DNA from: Psammoneis japonica
Taxonomy: Eukaryota
Assembly: GCA_008632985.1 (NCBI GenBank)
Contig: QPGO01000141.1
Span: 62,001-126,000 of the forward strand
DNA: 64,000 nt
Direction: 5' to 3'
In this document: positions 51,460-64,000 of the stretch, piece by piece
Position numbering within the stretch: the stretch's first letter is position 1
How the letters are laid out: every line of letters starts with the position of its first letter
The notes under the pieces: generated by a model
What the model was told of the DNA's origin: nothing
Database searches by the model: none
What the model saw: the letters and a program-made list of their open reading frames with translations, nothing else
Translations under genes and position numbers: made by a program

Positions 51460-54400
51460 GGTGTGTTGAAAACATTCTGCAGGGAAGCAAACAATGAATG
51501 AGTTTTGTTGATGTTGCTGTTCTTGTTCTTGTTTTTTTTTTGTGATTTCATGTGCCCAGCAGCAACAACCCAGTGTGCGTGTGGCCCATTGTGCTTCCTG
51601 AAAATGTCTGCAAAAAGCTTTGTCATCAACATGCTCTTTGACACCTCAGCTCCAAAAACTTGAGAAAAATTTTGTGCCAGCACTGCTTTGGGCTTCTTTT
51701 GCCACTTTTTTTGTGGGCAGGAAAAGACTTGTCCCAGACTCAGGTGGAGTGCACATGGACATTTTTGCACCAAAAGCAAACATTTTGGGCTTCATTCAAC
51801 AGCAATGACATCACATTGTTGTTGTCATTGCATTCATGTGCCAGGAATTGAACAGCGGGATGAAATTCAAGCCAAGCGACATCCAAAAATGACCATGGCT
51901 TTCAGCAACCATGACAGCCACTTTTTTAAACCTTTTGGGAAATTGAACAACATGATGATGGCCACAGCATTTCAACTTGTCTGTGGCGTCAATGACAACA
52001 ATGAAAATGCTTCTCACAGGCTGCAGCAGAGCGCAAGAAGACCAATCTGTCGTCAGCAACAATTTGGCCTCATTTCACTCACAATTTGCCTCCAAAACAA
52101 TTTCTTTTCCACTGCCATGTGTGGGCATTTCCTTCATGTCATCAACTGGCACACGCGGCTCAGTTGTTCATGTTGTGTTTCATTTCTTCTCACATCTTCT
52201 TGCACTTTGCAGTCAATGCATGTTGTGTTGAGTCATCCATTGAAGGCATGTCTTGAGTTAAAATGTGGTGTCAAAACACAATTGGCTGCATGTTCAAGAG
52301 CCATTTTTAATGTTGGAAAATTTGCTCCATCTCAATGTCATCACATTGATGCAATCATAAATTTCTCATTGGAAAACCAAAGCTCTCATCTTGTGGCACC
52401 ACATCAGAGCACACGTTCCAGTGATCGAGACCTGCTTTCTCACAGTGATTTTTTTTCAATCATTGCACAAACAACTGGCCTGTGAAACCTTGCCAGTTGT
52501 GCGCCTGGCAACAATTTCTCAATTGTCAAAGACAAAATTGTTTTTCCTGTGAAGCCCCGCTGTTCACGGTCAGAAGAAAATGTTTCACCATGAAGCAGCA
52601 GCATGGTGTCTCTGTGAGAATGCCTGTGCCCTCTTTTCCTGCAGAACTTGACAATCAGTGGTGAATGAATTTTTCCTGTGTTTGGCAGAGATTCCAGTTG
52701 AGTGCAATTTACATGATGTGTTTCACTCAATGCTTGTCCATGAAAACAAACTTTTTCAAGAAATGTTGCTGTGCTGCTTTGCTGTTGGCATTTCTGCCTG
52801 CTGCGCCATGCTTTGGACCATTGCCAGACTTGCATTGCTTCTCAATCATCCTCATCCTTGTGTCCATCACTGTCTTCTTCTTCCTCTTCTTTGTCGTTGT
52901 TTTGCTGTTCCATTTTCTCTTCCTCATCATCCTTGTTGTTGCCAGAAAGCTCTGTCATTGTTTGTGCTCTTGTCTCCAATTCTGCTGGTTCACTTGCACT
53001 CTTCTCACAGATTCCCTTGGCTTTGTCTTCTGCCAATGCAACTGCAGTGAACAAGCATTGTGTCAACCACACCACAGTCAACACCTTCTTGCCAATGCTT
53101 CCCACAGCACTTGCTTCTCAATGCATTCTTCCATGTTGTCTGGGCAATGGTGCTCCACATTGACTGCATTGAAGATGCACTTTTTTGCCCTGTCTTCCCA
53201 TGATCCTGCCCAGTCTTGCTTGTTGAACCTGCCGTTGGCTGTGCTCAACTGTGACACCTTGCCACCACTCACCAGATCTGCCTTGTCAAGGAACATTGCT
53301 TTTGAGAACAGCTCTTTCTAGGCCACCCCCCCTTGACCTCTCAGAGATTGCCAATCTCTGGCAGCTCCCCCCTGCAATGACACCGCCACCAACCTTGGGC
53401 TGTTTGGTGGATCAGCAGCCCCCTCCTTTTCTTCTAGTTCATCATGCTGCAGCTGTTGTGTGCAATCTGTTGTCGGCTTGTTTTGCAGCAATTGTGTTGT
53501 GCAGCTGGTTCTGACAAGGATGACCGCCATTGCACTCATTCAAACATCTCTTCTTGACACTGAATGTGAGACATTCTTGCCAATGCCAATGATCTTTTAA
53601 CTGCCACAACCAATGAAAATCACCAAAATTAAAACCAAATGCTTTTCCCAATGCATCTGCTGCCACCAATGTTGTTTGTCGAATGTCAGGCAATCAAATG
53701 CACAATTCAAACAATGCTCAAAACTGTGGTTTTGGACATTTAAATTCTAGATCAGCTGTCAATGTGCGTGTGCAAACATTGGCCAAAATGCATGCACAAA
53801 CATTTGCACCCACAAAAGTTGTCATTTTGGAATGAACCACCAGTGCTTGCACCCATCCTTCCCACCATTGGCATCCTCCCCCCATGTCCATTTTTTCTGT
53901 GGACGGCTGTGTTGAGTGTTGAGTGGTGCTTTGCCCTCCAGTTTGTGGCCCACGGCACAAATCTCAAGCCCCTCTTGTCAAACAGTGCAACAGTGTCTGG
54001 CATTGTCTGATTTCTCTGAGTTTGTGTTTGCACCAGTGAGAGGATGCATGGCAGTTGGTGCTTGACCTCCAAGCTCTCCTGTGTGGGAGTCCCCGGGCAG
54101 TTGTTGGGGTGGGTGTGCTGTGTGTTGCAACATCAAAGGTGCACTGTCACCGCTGCCATTTTGCACGCATTGTCCTCAAGGGCAGAGCTGTCTCTGTGAG
54201 CAGGTCAAAAAGAACAAAGAACTGCATGTGTCTCAGCACCAAGTTCAAATCAAAAGCAGCAGCACTCTCTGCTGGAGTGTTCATCCTGCAGCAGCAAAGA
54301 CTTTTGCACTCATGCCATTGCTGTCTGCTTCAATGCACGGCTTTTTTTGTGCAGCCTGTGCTGAACTCACCTCTCTAGAGTTGTTTTTTCTGCATCTGAG

Positions 54401-57400
54401 AATGGCGAGATCAGCTTTTCATCAACTGAAATGGCGAAGCACTCACACACACACACATTCTGCAGCACGCACCGTCAAGAAGAAACAGCATGTTCTCCTG
54501 CTTGTCTCCCTCTTCCATGACCAAGCACACATTTCATCCAACACTGTGGGCCTCTCAAGATCCAACTGGACACTGAAAGCTCCGCAATCTGACTCTGCAA
54601 AGCAACAGCTGCTGTCAAAGGACTTCAGGCATGCAGAGCATTGACATGGAAATGTGCCACTGTAAGTGCTTGCAGTCCCGGATGTCCATGCTGAAAAATT
54701 GCAGGCATGAGTGGAGCAACATTGCACACAACAACAATCTGTTGAGGCCACACATCACAGCACACTCATCATGGCACCTTTCAGAGGCAGCTTGGAGTTG
54801 CCTGCCAAGTTTTAAGGCCCCAAGTGCCGCCAGTGGTTTGTGGCATTCAAGCATCCAAGGGTGGGTGAGGAGCCCTGCCGCGCAAGCCTCTGCATGCCCA
54901 TTTCTCCCATTGCAATGCCTGGAGAAGTCAGCACACTGCCAAGATCTCATGAAACAGCATGGATGATGTCATGGCTTGGGTGGCAAAGATGACATGGTTG
55001 CAAAATGGCAAGAAAGGGTCAATGAAGACCAGACACCTGAACACATGAACCTGACTTGCCAAAAAAATGCTGGCAAGGCATGCAAATTTTGTCAAAACAA
55101 GTCTAAAAGCCAGTCAATTGCAGCACACTTGCTGCACTGGCTTCTTTGGACAATGACAAGACTGTCTTGAAAAAATGCCAACATTGTGAGCAGCCCTGAG
55201 GCTCCATCACATTGATTTGTTCCCATGATGTGCACTTTTTGGAAATCATGATGCACGACAAATGACTCGCCAATGTCATGCACCAACAAAGGCCCCAAGA
55301 AGGACATCAAGCACACCTCAAGTCCATCTTGACATCAACAACAGTCACGCCTTGGGGCAAAGCATTGGGCTCCCAAACGGGCATGCTTTGTTGGTGGTGC
55401 AATGCCATGAAAAAGTTGCCAACATTGCAGAAACAACAACCAACCAAATGAGATGATCAACCCACCCACAAAGCTGTGACAAAGCTCAAACAACATCTTT
55501 GGCAAGCATTCAAATGTCACAAAATGAGAAAACAGAGAACAAGCTTGCCACGGCAACATTGTCAACTGCTCAGATCTCAGATGCAATGGTCGGTTGTTGA
55601 CAGGCGACAGCACGCAGAATGTGCATCAACCACAATGGCACACTCTCTTGTTTTTCTGCAGCCCTTTGGCAATCAAAAACTTTGTCCATCATCAGCTTCA
55701 AATGCATGGTTGCAAGCACTGGATCTTTCTGCTTGCGACGACAACAACACATTCAATTTTTTTGTGTTTTTACTTTTGAAAATGGCGCCAAAAGTTTGGA
55801 CCACATTTCATGTGAAAATGGGCATTTTTGCATGTGCAGGCCCACCCAAGTCTGGAACAAATGTCAAGACAGGGTGCACACACATGGTCAAGTGCACAGC
55901 TCGCATGGGGCAGAGGAAGGCAGCACAGCCAGTGAGTTGGTTCAAGTTGCAGCCATCACCCTTGCACACACCAAGCAACTGGGCCATTGTGTGCCTGCAC
56001 ATGCCCCCAAATTGTCTTGTGCAACAACATCTTTGTTTTTGGCAGAACACTGCCTGGTGCCAGCACAATGGAGCCACCATGTGGGCACACTGCCTGTCCC
56101 TCTCTCCTTCCTCTTTGCAATGTTGTGCTGTGCCACAGACAGAACGAAGAGGTGTCAGGAATTTCAGACAAATCCAATTGACCATTCAAGATGGCGCCAT
56201 TGTCATTGATGTTTGGTGCATTTGCTGCTGCATGTGGTTCAAGCAGAAAACTGCAAAAACATGGCTGGTGACAACGATGCCCTGAACTCAGCCACAAGCT
56301 CCTGCATCCACAGTCAATGTGGGCACATGTCTGCACTTGTCACTTGCCACACAACACAATGTCTGGTGCACTCATCACATGCAATTTGATCAATGACATC
56401 GCTGGTGTGGCATGCCATTGTCTCAGAATTGAATGCTGTGCCACAAAAGCACGCGGACAATGGAAACTTGCTCTTCTGTCACATGTCACATTTGTCTGCC
56501 CGTCAACTGTTTGTCTTGTGAAATCTGCACGAACATTCCAACACTTTGACAGTCTGTGCATGCTTCATTTGACACCTGTTTGTTCCTTTGACAACCCTTT
56601 GTTCTGTGCGCAGTGTGTCACACACAAACAAGTGCCTCACTTGCTGCAAGCAACTCATCAATGACATCTTTAGCATTTGGAGCATTGCTGGCCCTGCCAC
56701 CGATGCCACCTGCTGGGAAGCCTTTTTCTTGAGAAGATTCAATGCCTTTGAGACACAAGCTGGGTTGCTGACCCCACTCCGTGACCTTCATCATGGACCT
56801 TGCTGTGTCAATGAAAGGCCCAAGAAAAGTTGCACAACCCTCTCTGCAAAAAAGCCATGAACCTGCCTCTGCACAACAACATCCCAGCACTGCACTCTGA
56901 CCATTCAATTGGAGTGCTGTTTGACCTTGCGCCAGTGGGCATGCTCTTCCAATTTTAAAAACTTGGCTCTGACCAACCCCACTCATGCTGCAAAAGCAAA
57001 GATGAAACTGCCGCCAATCACCGGCTAAAGCGCAGTGTGCATTTTTGAGTTTTTGGGCTTCACATTGTGCCAAATGCACAAAAATGCCTCTTTGTGTAGA
57101 AACGCTCCAGGATTCTTCGCAGTGTCACACCAAAACATTGCAACCTGATCGTGATGAGCCGTCTCTGTTGCATGCATTCTGTTCAAGCAAGTGACAGTGC
57201 TTGCTGTGCAGTCGTTCAAATGCATGAGGATCTCAAGAATCTAGTGAAGGGTCTGGCCATGGAAAATTTAGCCAGTCGTCCTTAACTGCTGAACCTTTGC
57301 CTCTAAACATTCTGGAATGTTCCAACAACTTCGCGCGTTCTACCAACAATTGACATGCAAGTTGCACAACTTAGTGCGCTTGAATGGAGCTTTCTTCTCT

Positions 57401-57483
57401 CACAAAACTTCAGCACGAATTTTCGAAGGATCCTCCTTGGGCAAATCTTCGCTCAACAAGAAGATGAAATACAAAATACATTT

Positions 57484-59853
57484 CTAATTATTGTTTACCG
57501 TGAATGCGTACACGGAGCCGGACTCGTCGCCATTGACGCCAGCCAACCATGCACCAACTCCAACAACGCTTCCTTCGGCCGACAATGACACGGAATGTCC
57601 AAAATTATCACCACCAGCCTCGCCATTTAAAGGATCTCCAACTTGCTTCCATTTGTCTACATTACTGTCATGCTGAAAGATTCGAACTTGACCTGCATCG
57701 ACCAAGCCATTGACGTCATGATAAATGCTTCCGACCGCCAAGACGTTTCCATTTCCACTCAACGACACTGACCAACCAAACTTTTCATCGGGCTCTTGTG
57801 TCAAGAGAGTTTTCCCACTGCGACTCCATGTTGACGTCGAGCGGTCGTACGAATGAACGAAAACCCTCTCATTGTTGCCAGGCGCACCCGCGGCCATGAT
57901 CAAACCGCTGTCGTCAAGAGAAACCGACAATCCAAAATTACCACCACCGACTTGTCCATTGATTGGATCGCCCAACAGATTCCATTTTGACGATGCAAAA
58001 TTGTATTCAAATACCGACACTTGACCCGCATCGCTTCTACCCGAGTCATTTCTGAAAGCTCCAACGCCGACAATGGTTCCCAGAGCATTCAAGGAAACGG
58101 AAAAACCAAACCAATCACCAGCAGCTTGGCCAATCAAAGTTTGTCCAAGCTGGTTCCAGGATAAGGAGCCACGGTCGTATTGAAACAATCGAACCGATCC
58201 AGAATCGGAGCCATTTTCCGTGTCATCCAAAAAAGCTCCCACGGCAAGAATGCCTCCCGCGTCCGAGAGCGACACGGAAACACCAAACCAATCAAAAGCA
58301 TCTTGTCCAAGAATATTGCTACCGAGTTGGACCCAACGATCCGATGCCGAGTTGTATTCAAACACACGAACGTGACCGGCGTCCGTTCCGCCACTGTCAT
58401 TCCTTGGAGCTCCAACAGCAAGAACCGTGCCGTCGCCATTTAACGAAACAGATGTTCCAAAATCGTCACCGCGGGCTTGTCCAATCAATTCTTGGCCAAT
58501 TTGCATCCATTGTTGGTTGCTTAGATTGTATCGATTGACAACAACATAGCCGGGGTTGGAACCAGCTCGTACTGCTCCAACTGCCATGATCATTCCGTCG
58601 CGAGACAAGGATACGGAATCGCCAAAAAAATCACTTGCAGCCTTGCCGTGCGAGACTTGACCCATTAAAGTGAATGGACCAGCGGAATAAGGAGTTGGCC
58701 GGTACATTTCCGAACGAATTTCATCTCTACTTAGTGCCACATTGTACAGGCTGACAGAATCCATGAGACCCTTAAAATAACTGTTCCTTTCCTCTTCATC
58801 CTCGTGATAGTGGCTGCCAACGTTGAAGGGTGCCTCATTGACACAGTAGGGTCCATTCTTTGGAGGGGTTTCCTCTCCCGACAATTCTCCATTTACATAG
58901 ATTCTCAATGTATTTCCGTCATAGGTCACGGCGGTGTGCGTCCAAGTCCTGGTAGGAATGGGATTGTTGCTATCGATTCGGAATTTGCTGTTCTTGTTGC
59001 AGCCACCAAAATAGCCGCCGGCCCGAACCTTACCAGTTTCCTGAAGAATGACAAGCCATGTCGCAAATGGTTTCTGAATAATTACCTGAGCAGCGTCGTC
59101 CGTAGCGTGGTATCGTACCCATGCCATCATGGTGTAGGCTTTCATGTTAAGATTGGTAGATTCGGGTACAAGAACATGGTGACTCCGGCCATTCAAGCTG
59201 ACTGCATTCTTGTAAACACCGATGGATTCACGGGGCGGTCCGACAATCCCCCTGCTTCTGCCTTGTTGTTTTCCATTCCATCCCATCTTCCCTGTGTCCT
59301 TGAAAAGTCCATTAAATCCATCAAAGGTATACTCTAAAAGCGGTCCAATGCATGGCTTCAAGCTTGGTAGACTGATCGACGTTGGAAACATCTCTCGGTT
59401 CTTCCCAATAAAAAGAGGGAAGTGTTCAGGCGAGTTGATGGTAAGGCATGCTTCTTGTCCTTGCTTCAAGACGAAATTGAAACCGTCCACATCACCTTTA
59501 TCCAGCTGAAAGTTGAAATCCGTACTGTTCACCGAATCCATTCCTTTTTCGAGGAGCTTGTTGAAATTACTCTTCATCTTGATGACGTAGTCGTCGCTGT
59601 TTGGAACCAACGAACCGTTGACGAAAGTTTCTTGTCTACCAGCAACCGCACGCAGATACCAGGCATTGGAGGAGCACTTGTTCCATAGAAAGATCCCGCG
59701 GTCCTTTTTCTTGTTGTACGGCGGAAGACCACATGCGGATGACGGTGCTTCGTCGGCAGCAACTTGATGGGATCCAATCAAAAGCCCCAATGCAGCATTG
59801 ACAACGAGAAAGAGACGACGACGACGAGAACGGAAGTAAATGGGGGATTTCAT
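57484..59853 (-). CDS. Secreted protein: signal peptide, N-terminal domain, LamG/ConA-like jellyroll and about 7 FG-GAP (beta-propeller) repeats
   Basis: Intact intronless ORF; YTMMAWV...WTHTAVTYDGNTLRIYVNG...YFKGLMDSV.LYN.ALS (LamG); repeated D.FG.SVSLS.DG..LAVGA. Confidence 0.88.
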   Translation of the reverse strand: MKSPIYFRSRRRRLFLVVNAALGLLIGSHQVAADEAPSSACGLPPYNKKKDRGIFLWNKCSSNAWYLRAVAGRQETFVNGSLVPNSDDYVIKMKSNFNKLLEKGMDSVNSTDFNFQLDKGDVDGFNFVLKQGQEACLTINSPEHFPLFIGKNREMFPTSISLPSLKPCIGPLLEYTFDGFNGLFKDTGKMGWNGKQQGRSRGIVGPPRESIGVYKNAVSLNGRSHHVLVPESTNLNMKAYTMMAWVRYHATDDAAQVIIQKPFATWLVILQETGKVRAGGYFGGCNKNSKFRIDSNNPIPTRTWTHTAVTYDGNTLRIYVNGELSGEETPPKNGPYCVNEAPFNVGSHYHEDEEERNSYFKGLMDSVSLYNVALSRDEIRSEMYRPTPYSAGPFTLMGQVSHGKAASDFFGDSVSLSRDGMIMAVGAVRAGSNPGYVVVNRYNLSNQQWMQIGQELIGQARGDDFGTSVSLNGDGTVLAVGAPRNDSGGTDAGHVRVFEYNSASDRWVQLGSNILGQDAFDWFGVSVSLSDAGGILAVGAFLDDTENGSDSGSVRLFQYDRGSLSWNQLGQTLIGQAAGDWFGFSVSLNALGTIVGVGAFRNDSGRSDAGQVSVFEYNFASSKWNLLGDPINGQVGGGNFGLSVSLDDSGLIMAAGAPGNNERVFVHSYDRSTSTWSRSGKTLLTQEPDEKFGWSVSLSGNGNVLAVGSIYHDVNGLVDAGQVRIFQHDSNVDKWKQVGDPLNGEAGGDNFGHSVSLSAEGSVVGVGAWLAGVNGDESGSVYAFTVNNN

Positions 59854-62800
59854 TTTTGTTGTTTTGCTTTTTGGAATCTCGTTCTTGAAAACATTACGCC
59901 GTGTGCGTGTTCGCAATCGGCTTTGACCTGAACCAAGCAGCTCCCCGCACGCGAATCATTTAGACAGCTCCTGCGTTGCATCACACAAATGTGTTGCTTG
60001 GTTCGGTGCAGGGAAAAGACAAGTGACTCGACTTGACATTCCACTTGTTGTTCTTTGTTCGCGGATTGGAAGCATCCCTGACCAGGCATTTCTGAGGATG
60101 GGACAGAATCCTCACCTGTTCAGGGGATGCTGTTTGTTTTTCTCTGTTCTTCCAGAAAGATGCTCATGTGCCAAGGGAATGGCTTTGCACTAAATTTGCT
60201 GCCAGACTCTCCAACGATGGCCTTTCCACACTGGAGAGTTTCTGCCCAGAGACTCTGCAGGCCATGTGCAGCTGCACCACTGTGTGCATGCTGCCTTTGT
60301 GAAAAAAAAAAGGGCTTGAGCTGCAGCCAGACCAGGCCAGCATTTTCTCAACCAAAATGTCCTTGCAACGTTTTTGTGCAAGTCACAGGAAAAGAGCAGC
60401 TGGGGTTGTTTTGAAAAGACTCCTGTTGCCACAGTGAACCAGGAGGCACCTGGTGTCCCTCGAGCTTGGGAACAAGGGGCTTTTTTTTCAAGACTTTGGT
60501 GGGGCAGCTCCTCTGGCACACCCAGCCCAGTGCTGTTTTTGGGTGGAAGAAAGTTGTGCAAGATGGGTGGAAAATGTTGCAGAGCAAAGACCATCTGCCT
60601 TGCTCACCCTGGCTGGCTGCAAGTCAAAGATGCAGGCATCAAACCCAAGTGACAAAAGCACCAGCCAAGTGCACCTGCTGCCTTTTTGCTCAGAGCCCCC
60701 TGTGCTGCCGCAGCCAACAAGCAGCACTGGGCATGAAAGGGTGTTTTTTGAGACTTTGGTGGGGCCAGGCCAGCACTGTTTTTGGGTGGGAGAAAGTTGT
60801 TTTGTGGACCAGGCTGAAAATGTGGGGTGGCAGCCGTCTGTCTTGGCTCAACCCTGCTTCTCCATGGAGCAAGACAAACAAACAACCTGCCAAAAAGAAA
60901 GAGCAGCTTGTTTTCAGCTTGAGCTGCCCACACCACAGGTTGGAAACAAGGGTGCAGGCATCAAACCTGAGCACCAAAAACTTGCATCAAGAAGTGACAG
61001 CTGTCAGGATGCCAGCAGCTGTGGCCAAAGGGGAGTGTGGAAAGGAGCTGCAAAGCCAGGGGGCCTTGTGCTGCTGTCTTTTGTTGTCCAGAGCTTGCAG
61101 GTCACAACTTCTTTTGCAGCCTCCCCATGCCACAAGCAGTGCCCTGAGTGTTCATTGCTGGTGTGGTCTCCCTGGTTTTCAAGCTGGCAGCTTGTGTGTG
61201 TGATGGCAGAGCAGAGCTGCACTTCCTTTCTGTCCAGAGAGAACTTTGCACTGTTGTGACATCATGACAATTGGATGATGTGTGCATCTGGTTGAAAATG
61301 GGCTTGTTGTAATTGCGCGTGGCATCAAGAAGCAGAGATGGTGCAACTGTGGCTTCATCGGGCGGTCGAGCAGTCAGTCCGTTCGTGTGAAAAGTGGTGG
61401 CAGATGCTGAAAAAAAAACACTCAAAGGAAAAATTTGAGAGCAGCAATTTCTGCACGTTTCTACACAAAGCGATGGTTGCACTTCGGCTTGTCCCAGGAC
61501 GCTGTCAAATGCTGCGTTTCCTTCAACCAAGTGTCCTGCATTCTCAATTGGTGTCTGCTTGACTTGCCCATGGAAAGAAACTGCAAGTTTCGAGAACATG
61601 TCAACAAGACATTCCTGTCAGCAAAAAAAAGGTCCTGTTTTTTTGCCCCAAGTTTTTGAATTGGACACTTGGATGGGAAAAAGTGTCGAAAGGTGCAGTT
61701 TCTTTCACTCGGCAGGAAGCTAAGACAGCAGAGAAAGTGTCTGCATGCTTGAATTCATGAGTGTTTTTGTCTTGGAAGTGCCTTTCATGGCCTTTCCAAG
61801 ACACGTGGAGAACGAGGTGACAAATGAGCGATCGCCAAAACAGAATTTCCGTTGAGCGACAAACTTGCAATCACGCGCATGCCGACCCATGTGATTCGCC
61901 AACAAGGCACAATGCTTTTGTCTAACAACGGATTCCTGATTCCCGTGATTTTCAATGAAAATGCGCGCGGAAACGATTTTCACAATTTTTGTCTCGCACC
62001 ACCTTAAAAAATGGGGGACAGTGCGCCGCGTGCACGAAAAATCGAAAAGAAGATGACCAAAACATCGAAAGATCCGCGACATCAAGTGGTTGTGAGAAAG
62101 CCAGCTGACAAGGTTGCAAGAGACAATGAGGTTGAAACAACTCCTGCATTGGAAATGCAAAGAAACAATCATCAACATTTCACACTTGCAATGCAGGCTT
62201 GTGCATGAAATCACAGAAGATTCTTCCGATCCACGGCAACACCCGAACTCTCAACAAAGCCTGCTCCACAGGGCGCCCACGTCACATGTGGGACAACTGC
62301 ATTCCAAGCAAAAGACAAATCAAGTGTTGGTCGATCAAGTGCAGACACGCAACTGCTGGCATGCAACAAGGCACACGGTTGCCACTTGCGGTTGCCACTT
62401 GCGCTGCTGCCTCTTCTTGCTGATGATGCGGGTCCACTGACATCATGATTGCCATTTCCGAGACAAGCCATTGGCATCAACATGCAATGAACAAGTCGTC
62501 TCTGCCCCGCACTGTGCTGCACGTGCACCATCGCTCTTCCGCAAAATGGTGCATGAGTCATCAACCGGCATTCCATCTTTGTGGAGAATGTGGCGCACCA
62601 GTGATCCGCAGCCTTTTGTCTCCACAGCGGATGCAATGGGGTTCTGGTGTCTTACACAGCAACAATGCAGACCACCGGGATGAGATGGATGCAACAAACT
62701 GATGGTCATGGAGGTGACAGTTGGTTTTTTCAATCGCGGAGTGTTGTGGATTTCGGTGCGCGTGCGTGCTGTCCCCCGTTTCTCAAATGTCCAGGTCTCC

Positions 62801-63207
62801 ATTGCCACACCACATGCGCTTCCCACAGGGTTTAGAGAGTCATTGCAGATGCGATTGCCACTCAATTTCCAACATTGACGCCGCCGTGAACGATTTGCTC
62901 ACCATGGTCGAAGTCTTTTTTCTCGTGCAAAAAGCACGAGGATTGTGGGGTGGCGGACGAATGTGCCAAAAATTACATTTTAGTCGAGTCACTCAGCTGC
63001 GCTTGCCGGCCCATGCCCAATCGAAAGCACACGAGGCCACATTTGATGGATCGTCAGGTCAGTCACCCGCCATCTCTCGCATCACGCAATGATGATGAAA
63101 GATCCATTTCAGCCGCACATGCCTATCCATTGCTGAATTGCTGCAGCTAATAATAATAGCACTCATACTTGATCAATAAGACTCTCTCAACACTTCTCAT
63201 CTCAAAA

Positions 63208-64000
63208 ATGGCTCGGAGAAGGAGATACAATTATGTATTGGTGTACGTGGCGTGTTGTGTGTATCGACTCGTTAACGCGTGGTTACTTTATACACAATTT
63301 GATCCAGATGAGTATTGGCAAAGCTTGGAGCCCGCGTACTGTCGAGTGTTTTCTTCTTCTTTGCAAAAAAACAATTGTGCACTGACATGGGAATGGCTTG
63401 GAGACGAACCGATACGATCCTACGTATCGATAGTACCAACGTTTCTATTTTACAAGACTGTGCATGCGTTGCAACACTTTCTTACAGATGCTACAATTTC
63501 GTGGCTTGTTTCGAGAGGACCGTTGTATTTGCATGCGATACTCGTGACGGTTCCTACGGATTTGTGTATCTACTGCTTGTCATCATGTGAAGGGTGGTGT
63601 TTGTTTTGTTCCCTGACGAGTTGGTTTCACGGATACGCTCTGGCACGAACCTATAGCAATTCTCTAGAAACCGTGTTGCTTTTGTTGGGTCTGGTGCTAA
63701 TTCAACACAAAAAGACAAAATTGGCCTTTTTCTTGGGTGGAATCAGTGTATCGATTCGATTTACAGCCTTGGCGGCTTGGATTCCACTGGGAATGCACTT
63801 GGCGTTTTTTCGACAAGAAAACAAGCGCACCTCGATACGAAATTTGGTAACGTTTTTGTTTTATCCCTGTGCCATTTTTGGATTGCTCGGGGTGCTTGCC
63901 GCCATGATGGTGGATTATCACTTTTACGGAAAATGGACCTTAACGCTCTTGAACAATGTTGTATTCAATGTTGTGGAGAACAATGGAGCCTTGTATGGGA
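63208..64000 (+). CDS. PIGB: GPI mannosyltransferase 3 (PIG-B/GPI10), runs off the window end; apparent frameshifts
   Basis: YRLVNAWLLYTQFDPDEYWQSLEPAY, TWEW, RTYSNSLET. Confidence 0.85.
   Translation, partial: MARRRRYNYVLVYVACCVYRLVNAWLLYTQFDPDEYWQSLEPAYCRVFSSSLQKNNCALTWEWLGDEPIRSYVSIVPTFLFYKTVHALQHFLTDATISWLVSRGPLYLHAILVTVPTDLCIYCLSSCEGWCLFCSLTSWFHGYALARTYSNSLETVLLLLGLVLIQHKKTKLAFFLGGISVSIRFTALAAWIPLGMHLAFFRQENKRTSIRNLVTFLFYPCAIFGLLGVLAAMMVDYHFYGKWTLTLLNNVVFNVVENNGALYG

Noticed and set aside
54400..57240. Possible MULE/SWIM transposase relic on the minus strand
   Set aside because: Cys/His patterns are unreliable in TG/CA-saturated sequence and no DDE motifs were identifiable
29200..63100. 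Hundreds of overlapping Cys/His/Gln/Trp-rich ORFs in all six frames
   Set aside because: A by-product of TpA loss, which removes TAA/TAG stops and enriches TG/CA codons; only ORFs with recognisable motifs or protein-like composition were kept
12030..63150. Classical RIP or simple CpG decay as the cause of the skew
   Set aside because: C->T processes cannot remove TpA (RIP creates it); here TpA is lost, and in the Helitron CpG is retained

Overview
Eukaryotic nuclear DNA, most likely from a diatom or related stramenopile (short GT-AG introns; bipartite plastid-type leader on IGPS). Ordinary host genes with normal dinucleotide content (GT11-like protein, double-length TyrRS, MCM6, Zn-finger protein, RbgA/MTG1-like GTPase, IGPS, two LamG+FG-GAP paralogs, PIG-B) alternate with long transposon-derived blocks (about 12.0-27.6, 29.2-31.9, 34.15-57.3 and 59.9-63.1 kb). 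The first main discovery is that these blocks have had TpA systematically converted to TpG or CpA (A:T->G:C, the opposite polarity to fungal RIP). This is seen directly in paired repeat copies and in Tyr->Cys/His changes at conserved catalytic residues, and it fades in gradients at block edges. The second is a ~14-kb Helitron-like element whose RepHel gene sits beside apparent chromatin-modifying cargo (TET/JBP-like 2OG-Fe(II) dioxygenase, DOT1-like methyltransferase, SET-domain protein) and an array of same-shape hairpins. The window also holds a complete Plavaka (CACTA-related) element with TIRs and TSD, a younger Harbinger-like MITE and a Crinkler-like NTPase relic. All family assignments come from recognising motifs by eye; no database searches or counts were run.
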